DNA from: Catajapyx aquilonaris
Taxonomy: Eukaryota
NCBI GenBank assembly: GCA_000934665.2
Contig: JYFJ02003535.1
Span: 1-40,424 of the forward strand
Length of the DNA stretch: 40,424 nt
Direction of reading: 5' to 3'
Below, piece by piece: positions 1 to 10,300 of the stretch. A program made the position numbers and the translations under genes. Under the pieces are notes generated by a model. The model had not been told where the DNA came from, made no database searches, and worked only from the letters and a program-made list of their open reading frames with translations. Every line of letters begins with the position of its first letter. Position 1 is the stretch's first letter.

Positions 1-46
1 CGGCAGCGCCATCTCCACGCGGGAAGCTGCCCCACATTCGAATAAA

Positions 47-298
47 TTGCTCGGCGCCAAGTAGCGGCTAGCTCGTCATGACGAGGTCAGAAATTGATAC
101 TTGACCTCGCGGAATGACTTGCTCGGCGCCAAGTAGCGGCTAGCTCGTCATGACGAGGTCAGAAATTGAGACTTGACCTCGCGGAATGACTTGCTCGGCG
201 CCAAGTAGCGGCTAGCTCGTCATGACGAGGTCAGAAATTGATACTTGACCTCGCGGAATGACTTGCTCGGCGCCAAGTAGCGGCTAGCTCGTCATGAC
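47..298. repeat. 72-bp tandem repeat, about 3.5 near-identical units
   Basis: Unit starting ttgctcggcgccaagtagcggctagctcgtcatgacgaggtc recurs at 47, 119, 191 and 263 with no spacers; probably inside a mobile element in a DPY19L intron. Confidence 0.95.
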
Positions 299-1159
299 AA
301 GGTCGGGAGAATATTTGACAGCCGCGAGGTCCCGCGACGTGGCGGCTATCCTGAGGCGAGCTCGCCAGCTTCTGGCGACCTAGCGGCAAGCTCGCGGCTA
401 TGTTAAATTTTGGTAAGGGCATTTATGAGACCCTCTTGCCATACCATGCAGAGATTTAAATTCTTAAATGCTGAACAGATGCTGCAGGGGTGCATTTCGC
501 GCCTATGTATTTTCCTTTCCAATTTTTTGTCTCTCCTGCGCTGACAAGAAATATATGTGTATGTACCCCTGGCACTGCTGAACAGACCAGTATGCATTAA
601 TAATATGTCACATGATGGGAATCCGAGCTACAGAGAGAAACATACACTCCCACCAGAATTTTTTTTAAAGGCCTCGCTCCACAGCTGTTTAAAAGCCGCG
701 CCGGGCATAGACCCCTGCATCTTGGACAAGGCCAGGCGGGAGTTGCGCAGTGGCCCTTCAGCTGCTAATTGGCATTTATGAACATTATTTATTTTAAAAC
801 TATTGAATTATCTTTTGCACTAATTTTAGGGTGGAATCTCTTGAGGAGGTTTGGGGGCAACTCTCTGTATGCCAAAATTTGCCGGCTGGGTCATAATTTT
901 TTTGAGGGGGGTTTTTTTTTTTCATGATGTCATTCAAGTTAATCTGGTTAATCTGGTTAATTTATGCACGATTTTGTAGCCCAAAATTTGCGATTTTTTA
1001 CATGAGAGAAAATTTAAAAAGCCACACAGAAACCACGTTGCATAGTCGGAAAACGCTATAGTTTCGCCAGCAAAATTTTTCAAAGTTGCCGTACCATATA
1101 TGGTACGCCCGTCCTACTCTTCATAATTAGTTCTTTAATTAGTGTTTCGAAATTTTCAG

Positions 1160-1916
1160 GTGAATACAGCAATGTTCCACTGGAGGAGCTTCTTGAATGG
1201 GTCAAATCTGAAACGAGACCAAAATCGGTGTTTGCTGGTCCAATGCCCACAATGGCCAATCTCCTCCTTTCCACTCGAAGGCCTGTTGTCAATCACCCAC
1301 ATTACGAAGACAGCGAATTGAGGTTAGTAAGGCTAAGAGTAGCACCTATGTACTGCAAATACTAAAAGGATCTTCAAAATTTTATTCACAGGGAAAGAAC
1401 GAAGAAAGTATATTCTATATTTAGTCGACGCAGTCCAGAGGAGGTGTATGGAATCCTTTTGGACATGCAAGTGGACTATGTTGTACTTAATGAGCCATGG
1501 TGCTTCCGAAAGAGCAGGTAGGATGCTTTTCTATGTGCGTTGTCCATGCCCATGGATGGTATATTGTTTCTTGTGATTGTGTTACTAGGTATGAGCAAGG
1601 CAAATTACATGTAGCAATGCTGATATGAATTATTCTTTAATTTAGAAATAGTTTATGGTAAACATGTGTGGTCTGCAAATATGTGGGTTTTCTTTGACAC
1701 GAATCAATCTCTCTTTTTACAAGGGATGGATGTGGAATGGTGGACCTCTGGGATGTGGAGGAACCAGAGAACAAGCAACGACCACCTGTGTGTCCTGTGC
1801 TCTTTGAACGTAACCCTGCCCCTTTTGAGAAGGTTTTCTCAAATGACGAATATGTGGTATTATGGTTACCCACCCAATATGTAGAACTCAGACCTCCAAA
1901 GCAATATAGGTTATGA
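1160..1916 (+). CDS. DPY19L1: DPY19-like C-mannosyltransferase, 3' part (last three coding exons: 1160-1322, 1392-1517, 1724-1916)
   Basis: Manual GT-AG splicing gives [73 protein letters not shown]...VLNEPWCFRKSRDGCGMVDLWDVEEPENKQRPPVC...YRL*, matching the DPY19L C-terminal signature (VFAGxMPTMA, [8 protein letters not shown], GCxMxxxWDVE). TGA at 1914-1916; the 5' exons lie outside the window. Confidence 0.92.
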
Positions 1917-2992
1917 AGTCTGACAAGTGCATATATGATCAATCGCCATGTGTCTTGAATTCTTTTCGAGTTCATCCAGGCTGCTATACACACACACTTA
2001 TTTTTTATTGTGATGTTTTTTTTTTAAACTTCCCCATTTGACAAGTGTTTGAGCAGTGGACATGCATGTTTTGACTGTGGAGCATCTTACACTGGACAAT
2101 GCAAGTGCGTGTCAATCTCATCTAGTGAATTTCAGTCATGTTGCCATCGTGTTCCATTTGTGCAGAATCAGAATAATACTTATCAATATGTCATTTTTTG
2201 AATACGTGTTTTTCATTTACAAATTACACTTTATGATCCCTGAAATAAGAAGGTTGGTGCATATTTGAATGCGTGTTAGGCACACCATTGGTTTTTGCCT
2301 CACTTTTAGCCATGCTTTTAGCTTTTAAATACAGCAGTAGGGTATTTGCCCATGCCCAAAACTTGAAGTTTTTTTTTGTGAGAGGAACAATCGAAGCAAA
2401 CAACTAAGAAGTTTACATATTAGTCTAGGGTTGAAGGTGTGCACTGCATGATAGGTACTGTTTAGTGACCTACTCCTTGTGTGACTCTAGTTGAATACTG
2501 AAATACAGGTAGTCCCTGTTTTATGATGGTTCAAAACGGCCCCCCGCAACTTCCTAGGAAAGTCTATCGTTTATCCGCACATAGCGACGCGGTGCTTCAA
2601 ACATGTTGGCTACGCGTCGCAAACAACCGGTTGCCGGGAGAGCATAACAAAGGGCGTCTTCTTACTCCTGCCACGCGAACCATTCAGACGAGTGCTAGGA
2701 CCACAGTATTAATGAAGGAGGTGGGAAATATGAAAGCCATGATGGTTGCTGCAGTCCGTTAACCCAAAGAACGATATGATGTCACACCAGCCGTGTTTTC
2801 TGAGCGTGTGCAGTGCCTGCAGAGTGAGTCGTGGGCATGATTGGAGGGGAGAGCCGGGTGGTGGCGGGCGGAACTTGGCGTCATGACTCTGTGAAGGTGT
2901 ACTTCGCGCTTGGCAAAGCCACAATAACGTTCGTTGGCCTGCGGCGCCACAAGACGGACAGTAAATGTTGCGGATACAGAAACCCACAATAA

Positions 2993-3164
2993 GCGCCCAT
3001 TTACATGTGAGCGATTTGATCGCCGAGCGATAACAACACTGAGTAACCCGAGTAACCAGTATTGTTGGAGGCGAAAATTGATTGTTACTTTCACGTCAAA
3101 CAATATTGGTTACTTCACTCAGCGACAACTTCGCTCGTCAAATCGCTCGCATGTAAACGCACCT
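2993..3164. mobile_element. MITE, PIF/Harbinger (Tourist)-like
   Basis: Imperfect terminal inverted repeats (tttacatgtgagcgatttga / tcaaatcgctcgcatgtaaa), flanked by TAA on the left and TTA on the right; non-coding. Confidence 0.6.
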
Positions 3165-3272
3165 TTACACCTACGGAGCCCTACCTTCTTTTACAATAAG
3201 GAAGTGAAGGAACCTTGTTGGCGCAGCATTTTCCCACCACAATGTATGAATATAAAGGTACGTGTTCTTGTA

Positions 3273-3392
3273 CATACATACATACATACATTCATTCACG
3301 GCATATTCCCATCAAGATGGGGTTACCAGCGATGACCAGGTAGGGCTTATAGTCCACCTGGCCATCTCGAACGACCATTATAATGAATCCTC
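3273..3392 (-). mobile_element. Short 5'-truncated non-LTR retroelement fragment with (TACA)n tail
   Basis: (TACA)n at 3271-3290 followed by about 100 bp of unique sequence, bracketed by copies of tgttcttgta (3263-3272, 3393-3402). Confidence 0.45.
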
Positions 3393-3402
3393 TGTTCTTG
3401 TA

Positions 3403-3755
3403 ATAATAATAATAATAATAATTGTGGGTAATGATTTCACCCCTTACGGGGTATATCGCATGAACCTTTATTTTATTTTCAATTTTTTTTCTTTAAACTT
3501 CCACTCCGGTGCAAGGAATCAATGAATTTGGGTAAGGATAGGGATTTTTCGGGGAGGGGACACGGGTGCAGGGGCAATGTCGTTAAATAGGTCATGTGCA
3601 GTCCCCCAGGAGGTTAGGTTGCCAGACACCTCCTCGGTGCAGGTCAGAGACCCTCCTGACGCAGGTGAAAGGAAGTTCCCCAGGCGGGGATCGAACCTGG
3701 TGCCTTTCACTCAGCAAGCCGAGACGTTATACCATCTTGGCCACCACACCTCCCC
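3403..3755 (-). mobile_element. tRNA-derived SINE, copy 1
   Basis: Minus strand begins ggggaggtgtggtggccaagatgg (A box) ... ggttcgatcc (B box); 3504-3755 aligns by eye with 11382-11621; (TAA)n tail at 3401-3422; flanked by tgttcttgta direct repeats. Confidence 0.8.
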
Positions 3756-4095
3756 GTGTTCTTGTATACAATATTATGTCCTGCACAGTGCCTTTTAAAA
3801 ACATCCCTAAATCAAATCTTCCATAACTCGAAATATTGAAGGCTTGGCTTTGGTAGTTCTCGAAAGACTCTCTCCGACCATGGACATGCTATCAGTACTG
3901 TACTGTACATGCACATATCATTAGCATGCCCAAGTGTGGAAAGATCTAATGACACCCATAACATTTCCACCACCACTGATTAGGGATTGTCAGTTAATAA
4001 TTTTAGTACCGTATTTTGGAACTTCCCGCCTGGAAAAATAATCATCGATACTAATAACCAATAACACTCTCCACATCCGATATATCGCCACGTAA

Positions 4096-4103
4096 TATCG
4101 ATA
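4096..4103. promoter_or_regulatory. DRE motif (TATCGATA) upstream of DDX19 copy 1
   Basis: Exact TATCGATA about 260 bp before the ATG at 4354; the same motif precedes the other two WGLLE exons. Confidence 0.55.
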
Positions 4104-4353
4104 AAGCTTCAATCCGTTATTGTCATAGCCGTTATTATTAACCTTAGCCGCTATCTGAGCCCATGCAACAGCTCGGGCTGAGTTTTATAAAATCGCGTAG
4201 CTGGCGAGTCATTGTTCTTTTCGGTTGGCCTCTTCCTCTGAAGTTCTGTCTGTTCGGGCGGGCGGTGGAAGAGGTGCGGCTGAACCATATTGTCTTGTGT
4301 TCCATTCGCCAGCTCGGGGATTCTTCGTCGACAGTGCATCGGCTGCAGCGACG

Positions 4354-7300
4354 ATGACGATGAGTGAGACGCGTGGGTGGGGACTACTGGAGGTAGGGTA
4401 ACGGCATGACTATATGGGGATGCATTCTTTTTTTCTTTTTTCTTCTTTTTTCCCATGGCGTAGGGGCCTAGTCCTTGCACTGCATGAGGGCATGGAATGC
4501 TCACTGGCGGTGACATTGGGGACATTCAAGGTCATCCAAATTGTAAATTGGGTTAGTGTTTTGGATCACCTTGTATAGGAAATAGGGGAGTGTACAGGGA
4601 GGAGTCAGCTCTGTTCCTAGTTGACTCGGCCTTTGAGCTCCTTACCTCCCTGGCAATGAGGCCTCACACTGATTTTAACATCGCAATGATAACGGTGTAT
4701 CAACAGTGCAAAAAGAACTGTCCCAGTCATCCTGACGTGTGGGCTGGCTGCTCGACACACACCATGTAAGTTACATGGTGTGTGTCGAGCGGGCAGCACA
4801 CACATCAAGATGACTGGGACAATTCTTTTTGAACTGATGATACATGGCCACCTTGGGGGTGACAAGAGCGAGCTGAATGTTGCAGAATTTCTATCAGGTA
4901 GAAACGACTGTCAGTGTAAGTGGATACCAACAGCAGATGGAATGGGTTTCCATACTTGGCTCAGTTATTAGACACCAAGGTCGTCCCAATAATGTGGGGG
5001 AAGGTGGTGGCAAATTCACACAGGGTGACCGAACAAGCATATCAACATCTCCCAGACCTTCCCCAACTGGGGATGGTGATCAGCTCCTGTCTTGCCAATG
5101 GTTGATTTTACCGGTTTCACCAAATCCCACTGTGTTCATCGGGGTTGTCTTGGTATTTCCCCCCCTCCGTAGTGCCTAACCCTGGACAAACCAGGACACC
5201 TACAGTTCAGGAGATGTGGTGTACTGTACACAATGAGATGTTACCACATGTTGTCTGCCATTGTTGTCCCATATCTGTAGCGTGTATCAATATGTAGTAC
5301 TTGAGAGGCTTAGAAGGCGACCAGCGCCAAGTAGTAAGTGGCAACCAGACAGTATTGCTGGTGTCCTTCGAACATCTCAACCTGGTTATTGCTCAGTGAA
5401 TGAACCCTTTTGACCAATTGATGACAACTCCATTTGAGAATCATCCTCAGGTATTGGTGAAGGGCAGCAGACTAAATAGAACAGTAGTATGCAGCCACTG
5501 GCAAGCATTTCAGGTGACCCAACATCAGGAGGGTCAAAGTAGACACCGTTCATGTTGGGGCTTTGGGTAGCTGGGAACCTGCTAATGATCAACTCCTGAG
5601 AAAATTATGCAGATGGGCTTACAATAAACTGTTTAAAAGCTATGCATAAGTGATGCCCTGAGATGTTATGTACTGTTCCATACATTGAGCCTATCACGCA
5701 CATATTATAGTCGGACAGTCACATAGCCTTAGTTTGTTGCTTGGGCTTCTTCCAGCTCAATCATGAAATGAATGAAAAAAAAAAAATGCAGGACATAACA
5801 GCAGAAATTTGTATCAGAGTGAAGCAGTTATTATGCTAATGATATTGTTCTACTACTTGTAGGGTCTGTTGGATATTACCAAAGATGGTGCTGGTAATGC
5901 CAGTCCAAACAACGAGGAGGATCCCAAAGGGGACCTGGAAACGCAGTATCTCCTGAGAAAGATCATCAGGAAGGGGTTGATTGAGAACAAGAATGACGTG
6001 GAGATTCAGAGACGAAATCCCAATTCACCTCTCTACTCTATAAAGACATTTGAGGCGCTCAATCTGTAAGTTGAAGTTAGAGGAAGAATATGGAAGAATT
6101 TTGTCACTGTTGAAATCACTTTTATAATTTGTGATTTCTGTTTATTTTGTGAAGGCCTGCAAACCTGCTGAAGGGTCTGTATGATATGGGATATGATTCA
6201 CCATCCAAGATTCAGGAAACTGCCCTGCCGACCTTGATGGCTTATCCGTAAGTCAACACGTGCTTTACCAATGTTAACTTAGCTCTCAAGACTTGAATTT
6301 GATTAGGTAGTAAAATGATTGGGCGTTAATTTGTAGATCATCTGGAGTCTGTTAATTGCTGGATGATGATGGTGAATTTGACAAGTAGTGGAGCTAAAAA
6401 TCCTAGTAAATTAATTGATAGATAGTGAAAGAGAAACCTGCATTTTAGTTTACTTTTGACAACTTTTTGCAGCCTACTAACAGGGAGTCATTACTGGATT
6501 AGTCCAGCAGAAAACTAAAATCTATGTGGGCCTTGTAAACCCAACTCATCCTGGATTAACCTCAGACTAGCTTTGTTGTGTGTCTTGAGCCCATGCCAAT
6601 GCTATTATTGCGACCAGCGTCAGGTCTTGTCATAAATTAATGTTTTTGTGGTGTACAGTTTGGTACAATATTCCATAATGGTTTGTGCTCCTTCAGGCCC
6701 CAAAACATGATTGCCCAGTCTCAGTCTGGCACAGGGAAGACTGCTGCTTTCGTTCTGGCAATGCTGAGTCGAGTGGATCCTGACAAGAAGTACCCTCAGG
6801 TAAGGAATGATTGGGAAAGACATGGCATATTGCGCTACCTCCCTTGTATGAAATATTTTTTGTTCCTTAACTTTCAGTCCCTTTGCTTGTCCCCAACCTA
6901 TGAACTTGCACTCCAAACAGCAGCTGTCACCAAGAAAATGGCCAAGTATTGCCGAGACTTACAGATTAAGTTGGCTGTTCGAGGGGAGAACAGTACGTTG
7001 TTTCTAATTTCTTAGAGGTCATCATCAGTACATACATTATTAGACCCTCTGCCTGAGCAGTAATTTCAAAGACCGTAAGAGCCAGTTGGCCTTTCTTCTC
7101 TTGACTTCTTCCCCATCAACTAACCAAACAAACAAAAAGGCCATCTACTTGATTGGTTGAGACATATTTTCCAGGTGATGTGACAGTTATTTGCTATGCT
7201 AGCACAGACAACAATTCGGTGACAAATCTTTACGCAAATTGCCAGCAACAAATACATACATGGTGTTCCAAGTATATGGGTACTTTTAGTTAGAGGAAAT

Positions 7301-10300
7301 GTTGCTTGAAACTAATTTTTTTGAAGCTCATTGGGCCCTGATCCAGGTCCCCTATTCTACAGGGTAGTCACGAATTTGTTTGCCAAAATGATATGGGTGG
7401 TATGGGGGTGAGTATGATAAACGCATGGCATGGGTCAGAAAGGCCGTTGATGCTACATCTAGGAGTGTCGACCTTTGACATCGACGATAACCATCCTGAC
7501 AAGTATGGAAACCCCTGTACATGCCTGCATTGCTGGTTGCCTGTTCGAGGCCCTTGCACTCCTACACCATTGCCTGACCCTGGCAACCAGCGATGCAGGG
7601 ATGCACGGGGTATCCATACTTGTCAGGATGCACTTCGTTGACGGCCTTTCAAGCCCATGCCATGCTTCGTCTTCCATGCCCACCTGCTACCACCCGTATA
7701 TCATTTTGGTAGGTATGAATTTGTGACCACCCTGTACAACAAGTGCTACATTCGACCACCTGATATATAGTAAAGAGATCTCTGGATCGGGGCATAACAA
7801 GCTACACAAAAATAACTACTTTGGATGATATTAGTAATAACTAATAACAACCCACGAACTTGTACAGTACCCTGCATTAATGGCCATGCACAGACATCGC
7901 CACCTGTCCAAGAACGAAATTAGGCGCCGGTGGACTGCGTCCAAAATACTTGGACAGCTCAAGATATCGCGGTTGATTCAAACGCTTGCTACAAAGATGG
8001 ATCACAGCGGATCACAGATGTATCTGTGGGATGAATATTATAAGGCCATTGCGATTCCCATCAATGTATTGAGGTTGTGAACCAGTTATTACACGTACCA
8101 CGTGAATGCCTGTTAATTCACCGCGATGTCTTGAGCAGCCTTGAGCGGACTCGTGAGAAGCCTTGAGCTGTCCCAAGCATTTTGGACGCAACCAACTTAA
8201 TCTACTTCCGCTCGTTCCCGCCAGATGGCGGTGTCTGTGCATGGCCATTAATGCAGGGTACTGTAACACCATATATAAGAATAATACTGTATGCCTTCGG
8301 ACCAATGCACCTATGACAAATGTGCCTGTAATGTGATGAACTTTTGTATGGTTAGCTGCATTGGCCCCAGCTCAGGTTGAGTCAAAATGGCAGCATCTGG
8401 AAAGCAACTGCCACATTAAATGTAGGGTAATATAATTATGTGCTGCTGATGACCATGATATCTATTCAGTTTCGAAATCCTTTCTAATGATTGATTTCTC
8501 TGATAAAGTGGCTGCAGGGGAAAATATTGAGGAGCAGGTTATTATTGGCACCCCTGGAAAAGTTCTGGATTGGTGTCTGAAGTACGGAGTCCTTGACTTG
8601 AAACGCCTTGAAGTGTTTGTTTTGGATGAAGCTGACATCATGATCAGTCAGCAGGGGCACCAGGACCAGAGCATGCGCATCCACAAGTAAGTTGACACGG
8701 CAGTATTATTGTGCCCCAATTTTGTCCTAACTGACTGTTAGTTAATTCACCAGTTTCTGTATGTACATCATAGAAAAATTAATATTCCTCTCAGAGTGAG
8801 GAAAGCCTAGCTTGTTAGTGATGTCAAAGGTGGAAAGATGTTAATTTTTCCATGATGTGTAAAGAACAGATTTTTAGATTCCAAAAACCCTTCGAAAAGG
8901 TAGGCATTTAGTTCCTGAAAACAACTAAAATAGGCTCATAAATAGGCAGTAACAATCAATCAGGTTTTAACTTCTTTTCATTCTATACAGTAGTATTACA
9001 GCCTACTCTTGGCAGCACAATAACACACTAGCAGTTGCTGGTTCTATATTTTCGGCGGTTAGTTGGTGATGCCTGTCTGACAACACATCATTATATGCAG
9101 AAAACTACATTTCGACCTCACACAAAGTAACTGGATTGTACGTGAAAAGTGATGAAAAGTTAATCCGACATACCTACAACTTCTTTGCCCATCACAGGTT
9201 GAAGTGGAAGCAAAGCATTGAACGGAAAACCCACAGAACTCTCACAAATCTTACAGAACGATGTCAAAAAGGTGGAGATATGCGCTAATAAGCCACTTAG
9301 GTTCCAATGCCCTGAATAAGCAATTTTAGGTTGTACTGTTTTAAAGCTACGACTTTTGAGGTCCTTGTGTTATGAAACATACGAGGGCTAGTCGGAAAAT
9401 AAGTTTCGCGATGCTTCAGTTTCGATGCCATGCGATGGACAGAGTAAAAACGAGCATGAGCAGATACATTGATCCTTCCTCTACTTTACAGTACAGGTAG
9501 GTGCCTTCTTGCAGCTTATACGCAGGTGCGGCAGCTGTTGGACGACCCATATGCCCACCCATATGCCTCCAGGAAAAGTCATGCCAGACAGCGAGTGTTG
9601 GTCACATGGACTAAGACAGAAGTGAGGGCAGATGTTCGCTACCAGTGTTCGACATTTGACATACGACATTCATCACTGGCTAGTGGAGTGTATGGTCTGG
9701 AGATGTTGTGTCTGAGCAAATGGTGCGGCAATATGGTGCCAGCAATTTTAGAATAAGGTCGCAAGTGTAAAGGACAACCAGAGACATGAACTACCGGCCA
9801 CAGCAATTACCGACAGTGTATGCAGTGTGTCCTAACTTGTGCCTTAGTCCATGTGACCAACACTCTGTCTGGCATGACATTTCATGGAGGAATGTGGGCG
9901 GGCACGCTCTGCTGGCCACTGGGTCTCGTCCAACGGCTGCCGCTCCGGCGCATTAGTTGCAAGTAGGCGCCTACCCAGCCTATAAAGTAGAGGAAGGAGC
10001 AACGTACCTGCCCTTGCTCCTCTTTACCCTGTCCATCGCATGGTGTCAAAACTGTAGCATCGCGAAACTTATTTTCCAACTAGCGTTCGTATATTTATTC
10101 TGGTTCCGGTGTTCTGCCTATACAGAATTAAAGAGTAGGCGAAAACCTAAAAATATGTTCTTTACTTATTGCATGGTGCATGAAGTCAGCTCCTTGAAAT
10201 GCTTGATCACGTTACCTCATGTGTGGTATCACTTATGAGGAGTTCCTTACCATCTTTCTGCAGGACCCTGCCTGACACATGCCAAAGGATGCTGTTCTCA

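Noticed and set aside
47..298. CRISPR-like array
   Set aside because: Units are contiguous with no variable spacers, there are no cas genes, and the context is eukaryotic.
1090..1107. 18-bp palindrome cgtaccatatatggtacg as a regulatory site
   Set aside because: More likely a subterminal motif of a decayed DNA transposon in the DPY19L intron; element ends not identifiable.
3660..3755. Functional tRNA gene
   Set aside because: A and B boxes are present, but it continues into a repeated body with tail and target duplication, so it is a SINE head.
8330..8455. Intronic C/D-box snoRNA (gtgatga ... ctga)
   Set aside because: No convincing terminal stem or recognisable rRNA guide; not seen in the paralogous introns.
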